Source: Dirinaria sp. TL-2023a (lineage: Eukaryota). Taken from it: a DNA stretch of 56,661 bases. How positions within the stretch are numbered: the stretch's first letter is position 1; each line of letters begins with the position of its first letter. This document shows positions 24,550 to 37,595 of this stretch, piece after piece. The notes beneath the pieces are model-generated. The model did no database searches. It was not told where the DNA came from and saw only the letters and a list, made by a program, of their open reading frames with translations. Location of the stretch: assembly GCA_051941275.1 (NCBI GenBank), contig JAVEBF010000013.1, positions 1 through 56,661 on the forward strand. The letters run 5' to 3'. Position numbers and translations under genes: made by a program.

Positions 24550-27500
24550 TCACCTATATGTTAAGAGTTTTTGACCTCCCGAGTTGCCAGCCACCCTTTG
24601 GGTGGAGAACGAGCAGTACCTGTCTTTGATAGAAACCACCTCGTATATTCCCTCATCAGACGCTATGACAGTCTTCGAATAGCCCTCCGAGACCGCACTT
24701 TTCGTTTCCAGGACTTGCGACTTCTTACCTTTCGGCACATTGGTACTACGCGTGTATCTGCGAATGTATGAGTTGGAGTGGCGACCAAATGGATTGCCAT
24801 TACTTACGTGAATTCAAATGGCGGAGTTCCTCCAAATTCGAACAAGATCTTGGCCTCGTCCCCCTCATGAATATCTGTGGTCGCTGTTTTGCCTTTACTG
24901 ACTCGGACACTGGGCAGTTCGTGGATGATTTTGGTAAGCTCAACCTTCGCCCTGCAAGCATCCGTACTCCGCTGGTCGCTGATGTCGGTAATGATGAAAT
25001 TTCCGGGACTTTCCGCAAGTCGCCGAAAATTGGTCGTCGGTACAGTGGCCTTTCGGTTGTGCCCTTGGAAATTATAATAGACTTTGAACGGCGGGGAACC
25101 AGAAAGCGTATAAGCTATGCGATCACCAACGCAATAATCCACTCGTTCCTCCAGAGGAGATATAGTTGGCACATCTGCAACACTGACTTGCACGTGAGGA
25201 GCATCGAAGTCCATTCTGCGCTCGCAGCCGCGAGCGTCTTTAACATTGCGAATTGTCACCGCATGTGTTCCCAACGCAAGAACTTCATGAGGAATCTCGT
25301 ACTCAAATTGGTTTGAATCCAGCTTGGTGAGGCGACGAGTCTCAGGTTTCGCTGCTGCGTGGTGCTTGATCTCAATGTCCAAGTCGAAAGGTGATTTACC
25401 AAACAATGTAATCGGTATCTTTTCCTTGCCAGCACTTTCTTCTTTGCAATACCTATAGGTTTTTCCCGTGTTTGTGAAGCGAGCAGAAGGCCTTGGATGC
25501 ACTTGTTGCTCCAGGTGCAGTGCGGAAAAAGTCCGCGGGTCGTGGTTGTATGAATAGTCTCCCAATTTGACAAAGGAGTACTCATAAGTCCCAGCAACTG
25601 ACGCCTCTAATCGAATGGTGGCGGCATCAAGGCCAGCATTGATAGACTTAGAAAACATCGATCGTACAATATCGCCTTCTTTATGTCGTTGCTCATAGGA
25701 AACTGAAAATGGTGGCGTACCAGTAAAAACGATGTCTACAGAATCTTCGTCGCCTTCACAAAGATCACCTCTAACATATTTGTTCTCTTTCTTCACCGCA
25801 GCCCCCTGTGTAAAATTAATCGTCGGCCTCGGGATCCATCCAACCTTGAAATCTTTGGCAGCATTGTCCACGAGCCCGGGACACGCCGCATCGTGCACAG
25901 CCATGATTTCGTAATGCCCCGGTAAGGACACGGCCAGCTTGTCATTTGGATCATAGACGCTGGCGGACATGACATTATCTGCGTTTTCAAAGTTTATGTA
26001 AGAAAGCGACCAAGGTGGTGTTCCTTGAAGCCGTAAAGGTAATTTGACTTCCTTGCCCTCCAGGGCCATCAAGCTCCGCTTTTGATCTATGGTACCAAAC
26101 GCAATCTTAGGTTTCTGGAGGCCAACGTCAAGTTTTGTTTCTTCACTTAGCGGTGTTTTGCACCCAGTATTGTCCGCGATGCTGGTCAAAGCTAAAGTGT
26201 ATTGCCCGCCATCCTTGAGCTCATCTGTTGTGAAATTATACAATCGATCTTCAATGCCAGTTGCCTTCATTCTCTGAGGCTTCCGACGGCCCCCGTTGTG
26301 CAATAGCTCATACTCTAGCACAAACGGGCCATTGTCCCCAATTATCTCAATATCAAAGGATACAGGTTCCCCAATGCACACTTTCCTATAAGTAGGAGCA
26401 TCGGCGAAACGAGCTGAAGCTGGAGGAATAATATCTTGTTCAAGCATCAGATCATTTCTCTGAATTGCACGAGGCTTCTTATACACCGAGTCACTTATAG
26501 TATCGAATTGGTAGATGTAGTGGCCTGCCAGTGGAGGCCGCAATTCTAGTTGGCCATGGCGCCGATCGAACCGCTCTGAATGGCGTGTTGCTTTATCTCC
26601 CATGCGTTGTATACTGTATCCAACCCGGAATGGAGGGGTCCCACTCAAGTCCATATTGACACTTAATCCGACCGATTTTCTCGCACATCTGTCCGGAATG
26701 TCACTATGACTGATAGACAAGCTGGGTTCCGGCGGATTTGAGAGCAAACAGGTTGAAGGTTCTAATATCTCTCCACTGCAGAAGGTCGTTCCGACCGCGT
26801 TTAATGAGTAAAGGCCTGGCTCTGCGACTTGAATGCTTGGATCTGCCTTCTCAATTGTGAGATTCTTCATTTGAGCGGTCTTCCCATGCTCTTGATTCAA
26901 TTGAAGATCATGCATTGGGGTGAACTGGTACAAGATTGATGGCGTCGAATCATCGAGAACTCTAGGCCCGCCCCAAGTAATACGAATCGGCAATTCCACC
27001 GATTCTCCTTTCGCAGCCTTGAGCTCATGCCGAGGATCGCACGAATGGAGTTGAGCTCTCGGCCGTTCAAAGACTTTTATCACATGTTCTAAATGAGTGT
27101 TTCCTAAAGAGTGCAAGCGACCGCCACTCGGATCGGAGTAAGTGACAATATTGCCGCAAGCGTCCTGAACCTCATTAATAGAATACTGCCAATCTCCACC
27201 CGAAGAAAGTGACTCGTTAATTGGGACTGGGATGGACAAGCTGCGAGCCCAGCCAATATCGACGGCTGGGTTCGCTTGACGAGCAACGGGCAAATCGCTT
27301 GTATCATGGCTATCAGGAGGGGAGACAGCATCCGTTGAGTATATCGTAAGAGTTGCACAACCGGCGTACTCGTTGTTCACGGTCTTGGTGTACCTGATCC
27401 TTAATGGCGGCACTCCTTTTACCTCCATCTTAAAATCAGACAAGCTGTCTTTGCATTTATTCGATATGCCGTCGTTGACTGAAGCAGATGGGCATTGAAC

Positions 27501-28517
27501 AACAAATGTGTCTGACGATCTCTTTTGGACCTCAAGCTCGGACTTATCCACAACCCTCTGGAGCCGGTAGAGGCCTGTGTCTTTGACGGGGATTCTCAGA
27601 TACCTTGGGCTTGAGTCCTCATGCTTTCCAAGTTCCCTTTCCGCTTGTTTCATGTACCTACTGAGCTCCTTTCCACGGATGGAGATTGTTTGGTTGGGAC
27701 CATTGTCAAGATCAATCCGCAGTAGCTCCACAAGGATGGGGCTGGTCTGGTTGATCTTAAGTGGCAGAATTACAGATGGTTTGGAGCCATCAATACAGAA
27801 GGGTTGTTGTTCAGGGTTCAGCGTCGCCAAGCTGCATGCAAATTGTTAGCTATCACTTATGGTCATAGGGGAAGAAGCAGATACCCTTCAGGCAAGATAT
27901 GAATGATTTGTTTTCCCAGTATCAGAGACGCATTATGAAGAACAGAACCAGGGTTAACACTTCGCTCCGACACCGCAAGTTCTCGATCATTAAGCGCCCT
28001 GAACAAAGCTAGTAGCCATGCCTGCAGCGGGATCTACGGCGCGTCAGCAGCGATACAGAGTTCTCTGGGACGTTGGGGATTTTACCGGTATTCGGAACAT
28101 CAAAATGGCATCCAGAATGATATGGCAAAGAACAACGAGCGTCACGGTCCAAGACGACCATTGCAACCAGGGAATTCGCAATCCCGGGAGTCCATACAGC
28201 ACAACACCGTCGATGGCGGCCCATTTCATAAAGAGCCATAAGGACTCCGTATCATCAGCAATGAGAGCAAAATAGTCGTAGAACCGCCACAGTGTAAGGC
28301 CAGTATAAAAGAGTACAACATAGAGTCTTTGTGAAGGGGCATCTAAGACGCTAGAAGGTATCAAAGGCGCGTTTTGGCCTTGACCGGCACTCTCCAGAGC
28401 GGCTGGTGGCGAAGCAGTGATCCATGAGCCTGTTGCGGACGCGTATTGCTGATCATTCTTCTTGCTATTTTCTGGTGTTGCAGGAAACGCCGAACGAAGG
28501 CGAGGAGTACCGTTCAT
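24550..28517 (-). CDS. POM152: Nuclear pore membrane protein Pom152 (4 exons)
   Basis: [32 protein letters not shown] region [34 protein letters not shown], repeated lumenal Ig-like units (G.PPF, YSL.....C.G), C-terminal [11 protein letters not shown]...[13 protein letters not shown]. Confidence 0.93.
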
Positions 28518-29058
28518 GGCATCCTTTGGCGAGGGCGAGACTAACTAGAATGAAAATGCTTGCATTCGATCTTGGAAGATTAAATCATTTTCAAAATGTG
28601 TCCAGCCTCTGGACTTTGGGAATGGTGAGTAGCACCTTAACTGGGTAGGTGTTGACAGGGTCGGTAGATCAGTAAACTTGCATCTCGAATTATTTCATAC
28701 AGTATTCCGTATTACTTTACCTTACCTTAGCGTGTTTCCGCCCGACTTGGCATGGCAGCGGACCGAGGGACCGGAATGCCGCTTATCTAATCCTGTGTGG
28801 CTGGTGCCATAATGAAGCACTCGACTTGAGCTAAGGGAGGTTTTCTGTCAAATTCATAGCGACTCTAGGTAATGATGGGAAATCCTGATTAGAACAATGG
28901 CTGTCATGTGAAAGACCATAAGTGTGAAGGCGCACATCGATCATTTTAGCTTTGGACATAGTATACAAGAATGGCTTCGCAACCCTACTCACTCCATCTG
29001 CTTCTTCTATTACACCCAGCAGCATTGAAATTGAACCCTTCCTTAATTCTGCGACTTG

Positions 29059-30698
29059 ATGATGAGGCGCTCACGAAGAAATCCAACTCGGCTATCAGAT
29101 ACTTCCAGAGCACCGTCGGGGCAAAAGATCCTGAATCAGAAGCTTGAACGAGCAACTGAAACGGATAAAGCAAATTGGAATGGCTTTTGCGAGATAGAGT
29201 CGGAACCAGTAAGTGCTTGGCTCATCTTGGAACAATTATTACGGCTCCCTCATTGGCAGCAGGCGTTTTTCAATGTCATGCTACATGACTTTGGAGTTAA
29301 GGGTGTGAAAATCCAAGAAGTGATATCATTAGACGAAGAGCTTCTTGCCTTCATTCCGTAAGTGACCACAATCCATTCCTTCACAGGCATGATCTTAATC
29401 ATACCCAGTCGCCCAATATTTGGTCTGATATTCTTGTTCCGATGGAGCGAGGAGGACCCGAACAAACAAGAACAGAGCTGTCCAGAGGGTGTTTGGTTCG
29501 CCAATCAGGTATTCCAAGTCGAAGACCCGGCATTTTCCTCCAATTACTGATACCAGGAAGACCACCGACAATGCCTGTGCAAGCGTGGCTCTACTGAATA
29601 TCATCAATAATATTCCCAACGCGAGTTTAGGAGACGAATTGCAGCAATTCAGAGATTTTACGGCCGATCTATCTCCAGCACTTCGGGGATACGCTGTCAT
29701 TAATTTTTCCTTTGTCAAGCAAATACATAATTCATTCGCTCGGTGGGCAACCTTTTCACCATGTACTGTGTCTCTGAGATTCGCGACAATCTCTTGTGTT
29801 ACGAATTCTTTCGTTGCTTGCCTTCGACATCTGCAAAATTGGTAGCAATGATAGTTTAGCGCGCCTGCTTCAAAAGTGCTGACTAGCTTAATTTAAGGAC
29901 AATTGACATTTTGAATGGAGATCTTCACATGAAGAACGAGGCGACCTCAAGGAAACGAAAAAGGGCCGTCAAAGGGAACATAGACGAGTCTGAAGCTGGC
30001 TACCATTTCATTGCGTATGTGCCAGTAGGTGATAGTCTATGGAAGCTTGACGGATTAGATCGTCAGCCAGAGAAGCTAGGTAAGGTTCTTTCACCGATTT
30101 ACAGCTTTTTCAGAAGGCTGCTAACCGCTAAGTAGCGAATATCGACGGTGGCGACTGGGTACTCAAGGCAAAGCCTGACCTGGAAGCGCGTATGGTGGGT
30201 CGTGAAGGAGCCAATGACTTTGCGGTCATGAGTCTAGTCGAAGACCCTCTCACGACCCTCATTCCTACATTGGCGGAGAATGTGGCGGCAGTCCAAGCTA
30301 TCACCAAGCACTTGCAGAGCATCAAACCTAGCTCGGAGGGCTCCTTATCCCCGAATAACTGCGAGGACCCGTCGGAGGATTTCTTAGTGGACCTCGACCC
30401 AAGCTATGGTCTGGACCAGGGCATATTCGACAAAGCTCTCGTCTCGACGTCAACGATGAAAATCTTACAGTCCAGTGACTACTCGGATATAATCAGGCAC
30501 AAATTCGAACTTTTGGCCGCACAAGGAAGCATCCGTTCATCGATCAAAGAAGAACAGGAGTCAAGGCGCTCAGATCAACAGCGAGCCTCGCGCCGACGCC
30601 ACGATATAGAGCCATTATCTGCCCAGCTATTACATGCTTTATCGCGTCAATCACCCAAGCAAGATCTACAAAAGAAGACGAAGCGCAGGAGGAAGTGA
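29059..30698 (+). CDS. Ubiquitin C-terminal hydrolase, peptidase C12, UCH37/BAP1-like (6 exons)
   Basis: WNGFCEIESEP/AFFNVML..FGVKGV, PIFGLIFLFRW, WFANQ/TTDNACASVALLNI (Gln, Cys), HNSFAR, YHFIAYVP..LWKLDGL (His, Asp), and a C-terminal coiled coil ending RRRHD. Confidence 0.9.
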
Positions 30699-31199
30699 AA
30701 GTGAAGTAAGGGGGACTGGTAAGGAATGCCATCTTGGGGAGGAATCGTGCTCGATGGCGTATTTGATGGGAATCAATGCAGATACTGGACTTGGACTCTC
30801 AGAGCACTCTGTCATGCCGAATGAGGCTACTGTATGCAATTGACTCTATGTCTTTCATCTCAACTATCATATCTCACAAGCGAGGCGCGCTTATAAACGC
30901 GCTCGCAAAGAGCCAAATGATGAACTCTACAATACAAATGTCCTGTCAATCAATTCCACCCATTTGTAACTCTAAACATTGATACAACTCCATTTATGAA
31001 CATCGTCTTCTCAAATTGCCTTCTCGTGGCCACCATGGTCCAGAGTAGAAAGGACTCTGATTCCATCCTGATTTTGCAGGGGGCCTTGGTCATCAAACAC
31101 CGTTGCTGAAGTTTTGACCAGGTCTTACCTGGTCTTCGATTCGATGTGATCACCCAGAAATTCCGGTACAGTTTCGTCTCCAACGTCTCGCACTCGAGG

Positions 31200-32318
31200 A
31201 TGGAGAGATGCGCAGACCGTTCCATGCAACTTGACGTCGACCTGGCCATTCTGGACTATTTACTATACAAAGCCACCAAGGCATTACTGGAGACGTGCAG
31301 AATAACATGGAAAGAAAGAAATGATTCTGTCCAGCAAACAAATAGCTCTAGCAGTCTCTTACAAATGGTCGAAGGTATACTCTTTGCTGAGGAGAGAGAA
31401 TGGACACACTGAATTTTGTCTAGCCTTTCTGGCCATGTTTCGCTCGATGCATCCAGGACAATGTGGCAGCACCGAGCTCTCATTCCGCCTACGACTCCTA
31501 AGGTTCACCGCCATGTTCACGAGCCGTTTTACTCCCAAGAGTCCAATAGACCCACCTATCACGGAACTATTAAAGCTGCGTCGGCAGAACAAGCAGAGAG
31601 CGGATGCCTTTCATCACGGGAAAGACATGCGAGACATGCTCGATTCCGAAAATGTGGGCGCGAGCGAGCAGCGGTTGACTGCAAGCGAGAGGGAAGGGGA
31701 AACCTTGATGAACAATTATCGCGCGTCCGGGGACTTTTCGTTGCTCGATACATTGCCCAATTTTATGTCCCTTTCGGCAGCTCAGAGTGTACTACAAGAT
31801 CGACCCATCACAGATATCTGGATGAGGCTGGCGGCTGGCTACATGGCACATTCCGCATTGGAACAATGCCTTAAGCATGATGTGCCCCTCTCCAATGCCC
31901 TCGAAGAGGCTTTCGCATGGGGCTTTGATCCGGAAAGTACTGCAGAAGAAGGGAGTGATGAATGGCAAGTCAACGCCATGTTCCTGGGCGAAGACGACGA
32001 GATTTTTGGCTGGTCTGAAATCAGGAACGAGCACATGCGGACTGTAAGTCCCCTGGGCCTATTTGACATAGCAGCCATTAGCTCACATATGGCAACTAGC
32101 TCAAACCTCCGTCGGGTATTCCTTTGGTCGAGCATGCCAAATCATTACTGAGAGCCCAGCTACCTTTGGACACCTTTGAGCAGAACCTGATGATGTTCGT
32201 CGAGGGCCTATTGGAAGCTCAGCCAAAACCATTGTATGTCCAGCTCGAAATGGGGAAAGTGGACGGGCTGTCAAGAGAAGATACGCGTGCATTGGCGAAG
32301 GCAATTGGGATGGATTGA
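31200..32318 (+). CDS. Conserved hypothetical fungal protein (3 exons)
   Basis: Exons ~31200-31373, 31424-32043 and 32099-32318 join in frame through GT-AG introns with branch sites. Blocks: DLAILDYLLY, LSFRLRLLRF, LLDTLPNFMSLSAA, WMRLAAGYM, AFAWGF, PLYVQLEMGKVDGLS. Confidence 0.75.
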
Positions 32319-32622
32319 TATTACAAATCGAAGGCAGAGTTGGAGGAGCTCACCCGGGGACCGGAGCGAGCTGACAGGTTTCAAGAGAACTTCACAATGG
32401 GCTTCGCGTTTGTCCAGCATCTGAGGTCATTGCATAGAATATCCGGGAAGAGAGTACAGCGAGCATACAGAAGGCGACGCTTCAGCAGCATTTCAGTTAA
32501 TTATGCATCCGCTTTCATATTCTGTCCAGTCTGTAGAGGCCATATAAAAAGTAATGTGTAATCCAAGCTCCATAGCCACAAATAGAATCTCTAGGCGCCT
32601 TATAGCGTCATACTGCTGTGCG

Positions 32623-34544
32623 CTAGTCATCGGGGTACTGATCCTTGATATTACTGACAAATACCTTCGACACATCGTCCCAGCGCTTGAAGTATTGCCC
32701 AGCCATGGCCATCAAGTCAGGATCTATATGCTCCGTAATCAGAGGCTCAATGTTCTCCTCTGCAACGTAACGCACACTTCGATCTGTCACCCTACATCAT
32801 CTGTTAGAGACAGTCTCGTCTTGATGGTGCGCAAGAGCATACTTGACATGGTAGAAGGCTTGATGTCTACCTCTTGGGAGTGTTTGGACTCCCATCTGCG
32901 CTACCCACAGATCACCAGCTTCGCATTCAACGTCCCAGCCAAATATAATAGCTTGGTAGTGGTACCGCTTGTGTCTGAATACTTGTCCAATTTTGAACTG
33001 CACGGTATCAACAGCAGCCGTGGGCCGGCGTTTAGGCTCTATGGGTTTCGAATCTTCTATGCGTATATCTTGGAGAGCGCTACGTATTTGGGCATGGTAT
33101 TCTCGAAAACGGAACAGAGGTAGTACATATTTCTCGAAAAGCGGTACATCAAGATGGAATACTCGCTCCAGATGCTCTATCAGGGAAGTAATGTATCGAT
33201 CACGTTGGTCGTTTACTTGAGCTTCAGGTCCTTCGGGAAGCATCAGCAAAGCCCATACAGCTCCATAGAAGGCGCCGTCCAGACTTGGAAATATGGATGG
33301 AGCGCTAAACCCTCCTGCAGCATGTGAGAGAGCTCTAACCGAGTTGATGATATTCCGTGCCGTGCGCCGGACGATATCCGCTGTAGAAGACACTCCAAGC
33401 AAAACTCGATAATCGGCGGGGTCTGCGTGCATTGCCTTCAACCTATCGATGAGTTCGGACATAGATGTTTCAGCCGATGAATTCCACGGATCCATGTACA
33501 TCGTAGGGGGCTCTGATTTCTCATCTAGATGTCTTCCGTCGAGATCGGATCCTAGTGGAGCTTTTACAATAGCATAGACATGAAACGGAAACCCACACGG
33601 TTGCGCATCCAAGCCAAGACGCTGAGCAACACAGCAGAAGATCGCCACGTTTACGAGAGGTAAACATTGGTGTTCTTCGTGCTGCAATGCAATCCCAAGG
33701 AAATTGTGAGGAAGAGCATGATACTGGGTCTCGTCCTTTATGCCGGTAAATTTTTGGCTTCTCAGAAATGTAGCAATTGAGACCGCTCTTTGGCGAGGAG
33801 TCTGATCGTCCAATTCCGGTTCTGCTATCCGAAGCCGATGTGCGATATCATTGAGTCGACCAGAAACCTGTAATGAGTCAGACAAGATCACCCAATCTCT
33901 CTATGATAAGACTCACACCATCAAGATCCTCCTTTGGATCATCGACCACGAACATATCAAACGCTTCCAGTGCTTTCTCTAGAGACACATGTTGCCCGTC
34001 TCTCAGCCTCGCCCATTCTTGGACTGCCATTGCACGATGCAAGCATCCCACAATAGTTGCACTGTAATAACTATAATCAATAGTTACCGATGCATTCCCA
34101 TTGATACGTGAAAGACTAACGGTCGTACCGACGTGCCAGGACATCCAAGCTGTTACTGTCAGCTTGCAGATTGCGCATCAAAGTATCCTTAGTGTCATAG
34201 CCCAATGCGACAATCCTTGCTGACCTCTCGATCCGTCTGGCCTGACTATTTAGGATATGATTGATTTCGTTGGTCGTAAAGCGGTCGATCTTATGGCGCT
34301 GTACGTAAATGTCTCTCCAATCCACATCCGTCACATCCTGAGCTAACTTTTCTTGTATTGTTTGATGTGAAGACCAATAATTGAATTTGCTGCAGCAAAA
34401 TTGCTGCCAGAGGATAGGCTGACGTGCCAGATTTCGGAAGCTCCTCGAGACCAGCTCAAATGAAGGGATGGAGCCTGGAGGAAGATGCCGAAGAACCTGA
34501 TAGATGACTTCATTAGGGAGGTCGGTAATGGTGATTGGAAACAT
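32623..34544 (-). CDS. F-box protein with transglutaminase-like (SirB1) and YccV-like domains (FBXO21-like; 4 exons)
   Basis: F-box ITDLPNEVIYQVLRHL; YHALPHNFLGIAL..CLPLVNVAIFCCVAQRLGL...CGFPFHV; FKIGQVFRHKRYHYQAIIFGWD..QAFYHV..RYVAEENI..GQYFKRWD..YPDD*. Confidence 0.88.
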
Positions 34545-34944
34545 GTCGCAGCTGCAAGACCAATCGTAATATTGCTTGTACGGGTGACTGAAATGGTTCA
34601 ATCAACGAGGGTAAGGTTTGTGCTCACACTTCTCCATCAGCAAGATTAAGCACATAAGGTAGGTACATCTTGTTGCAGTGATGTCATACATCGCTGAGAT
34701 CGTCGAAGGAAGTTTGACTTTAACTACCTTGGGGTACGGTGGCTCGGCCTAAGCGCGCGTTTACCTTAACCCCCTTAGGTAAGCATACCTTGAAATTGTT
34801 TACAGTATCATACAATAATCTTACAGTGGCCCGTAAAAACTTTTTTATTTTGGATATCTTGATTATCGAGAGTCATTACATCTCTAGGTCTCTGCAGTTG
34901 AATATGCAGCAGTCTCAGCACTTTCCTGCTTTACAGGTTCCGCA

Positions 34945-36695
34945 ATGGGGGCCAACCAATCCACAAATGGGAGCAAGCAGGGTCGCGCGCAACAAAAAGC
35001 CGGAGCCGCAAAGATATGTTACTATGAGCTTTTGGATATAGAACCTCAAGCCACAGACGAAGAGTGGGTTCTCAAGTGCTGTTCGGCGCGATCGCAAAGC
35101 TAAATTTCTGCGCAAGAATTAGGAAAGCCTATCGCAAGAAGGCTTTGGAACTTCACCCTGATCGCAATTTCGGCAATGTTGAAGAAACCACAAAATTGTT
35201 CGCAGAGGTACAATCAGCTTATGAAGTACTCTCTGATCCTCAGGAGCGTGCGTGGTACGACTCGCACAGGAGTTCCATATTGCGAGGTGCAGATGAAGAT
35301 GCCGTGGAACACTACGAGCACAATGTGCCGGTCACTACTTCAGAGGATATCTTGCGGATGTTCTCGAGGTTCAATGGACGAAAAGATTTTACTGACTCGG
35401 CAAACGGATTCTTCGGTGCGGCGCGGGAGACGTTCGACACTCTTGCGAAAGAGGAGACAATAGCATGCGAGTGGGAGGGGCTTGAGCCTATCGAATATCC
35501 CTCCTTTGGCTATTCCAGCAGCCAGTATGAAGAAGTTGTCCGTCCTTTCTATACAAGCTGGAATAGTTTCTCAACCAAGAAGACATTCTCTTGGAAGGAC
35601 GTTTATAGGTTACAGGATGCGCCTGACAGAAGAGTGCGACGTCTGATGGAGAAGGAGAACAAGCGAATAAGAGATGAGGGAGTACGTGAGTTTAATGAAA
35701 CTGTTAGGTCACTTGTTCAATTCGTTCGGAAGCGGGATCCTCGGTACGTATCGAATACCCAAACAGAGGTAGAACGGCAAAAAATTATCCGAGACGCCGC
35801 TTCGGCGCAAGCTGCTCGATCAAGGGCTGCCAATCAAGCGAATGCCGCTAAAGACACGTTTCTTCCACCTTGGGCCCACAGCGACAATCCGGTCGAGGAA
35901 GAGATGTCAGGTGAGGACACAGACGAGGATCCTGAAGAACAATTCGAGTGTGTCGTTTGTCGGAAAACTTTCAAAAGCGAAAAGCAATTTGAAACACACG
36001 AGAGGAGCAAGAAGCACATTAAGGCCGTTCAGCAGCTTCAGAAGGAGATGCGAAGCGAAAACAGAGCATTGAACCTCGACGGGCAAGACACGCGTCCTGA
36101 TTTGGCGGCGAAAGATGAGATCTATCAATCAGCCTATGAGGGCTCTGAAGTACTCTACTCAGAAAATCAAGACACAAGAAGCGAGCCCGACGCCCAAACG
36201 GCTGCCGACTATGCATCCTCGCAGTCTGATGGCGAAATTTCTTCGGCTGCAGCTCCCGAGGAACCATTGAGTAAAAAGCCTTCCTCATCGTTTTCCAAGG
36301 AAATTACATCGGTTCCCACTAGCGACGATGAATACGCCCCACGAGAGACGGTCGAAGAGCGAATCCTCAGCGACAACTTCGTTGTAGATAATACTCGCAC
36401 AGGGGTCAGCACAACAAAGTCCACAGTCGATGACATTTCGCAACAGCTTGGCACGAGCTCGATTAGTGGCAAACCCTTCGACGCAGCGCCTCGGCCAAAA
36501 GCTGGCAAGGCAAAAGAGAAGCGCGCGAAGAAAGCAGCTCAGAGGAGTGCGGACGCGGCCGCCTCCAACTTTAGGTGTGCTGCTTGTAATGCTGGCTTCC
36601 CCTCAAAGACGAAGCTTTTCAGTCATATCAAAGGCTCTGACCATGCGCAACCGGTCCCCAAGGCAGCGAAAGGTGGAAAAGGGAAGAATAGATAG
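34945..36695 (+). CDS. JJJ1: J-domain co-chaperone with C2H2 fingers, Jjj1/DNAJC21 (2 exons)
   Basis: MGANQS...[30 protein letters not shown]...[15 protein letters not shown]; zuotin-homology-type region ([23 protein letters not shown]); [40 protein letters not shown]. Confidence 0.92.
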
Positions 36696-37595
36696 CATAT
36701 TGCTCCCGATGTGTAAAGGCACGATGTTTCTGCATAGCGAGCAAGGCATTGTTGGCGTTGTTTTCTGAGCCATTGATTGTATCATAAAAGGAGGCTTTGC
36801 TCAGAGTGGAGCGCCTCAGACATGAAGCGTCGCTGAACGGTCTTCAACCCCTATGGTAACCCTAATGTAGTCACCTAGCCTATCTTACCTCAAGGTAAGA
36901 TATGCAAACCTCGAGAGTTTTGCAGACATTGATATTCGTGATGTATTGGTTTATATCAATAATGGATTTGCGAGCTACCAAGACAGACCATCCGATGAGT
37001 GGTTGTACGAGTAGAATATTAGAAACGGAGGTATATTCCGTGGCGGTTGTAGATTTTTCAGAGTTCGCGGCTGGAACAGCGCAACGCTGAAAGTTGCAAT
37101 TACACAAGGCCATAAGCTAGCACACCTCTTCTTGTTCGGCCTATTGTCAGTTAGGAGAGATGGACTATGTACTTCATAGAATCAACTACTTGACAGTAGA
37201 ATGACTTGCAAAGCAAGCTTATGGGATGATCCGATGCATCAAAATAGGCTGCAAGACGACGTAAAGCAGAAAGCTTTGCTCTAGATCCCAGAAGGGCAGT
37301 ATCAACCCCTTTAGGGAGGACATAAGATGGGCAGAGCATTGCCGAAAAGTCTTTTTTGTGGACAAGGTGCGGCCACGGCTCATGTACTCATATTATTCCT
37401 CTACCGTGGAAACCAAAGTACAACGGAATAGTAATGCCTAAAGCCTACCTAAAGTACGAACAAGGATGCCATCTATGCACCGCAATGAAGCTCCCAAGGC
37501 CATACCTTATTGTCCACTTCTGCCCGGCTTTACGCCCGGCTATGCGCGAACACAGGTTCCCCGAACATGCCCAAATCGCCTGGAATCTTTTAGAG

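Noticed and set aside
30880..30906. Imperfect GC-rich hairpin GCGAGGCGCG...CGCGCTCGC after the UCH gene
   Set aside because: Short and imperfect; intrinsic terminators do not apply to fungal Pol II genes; compatible with chance.
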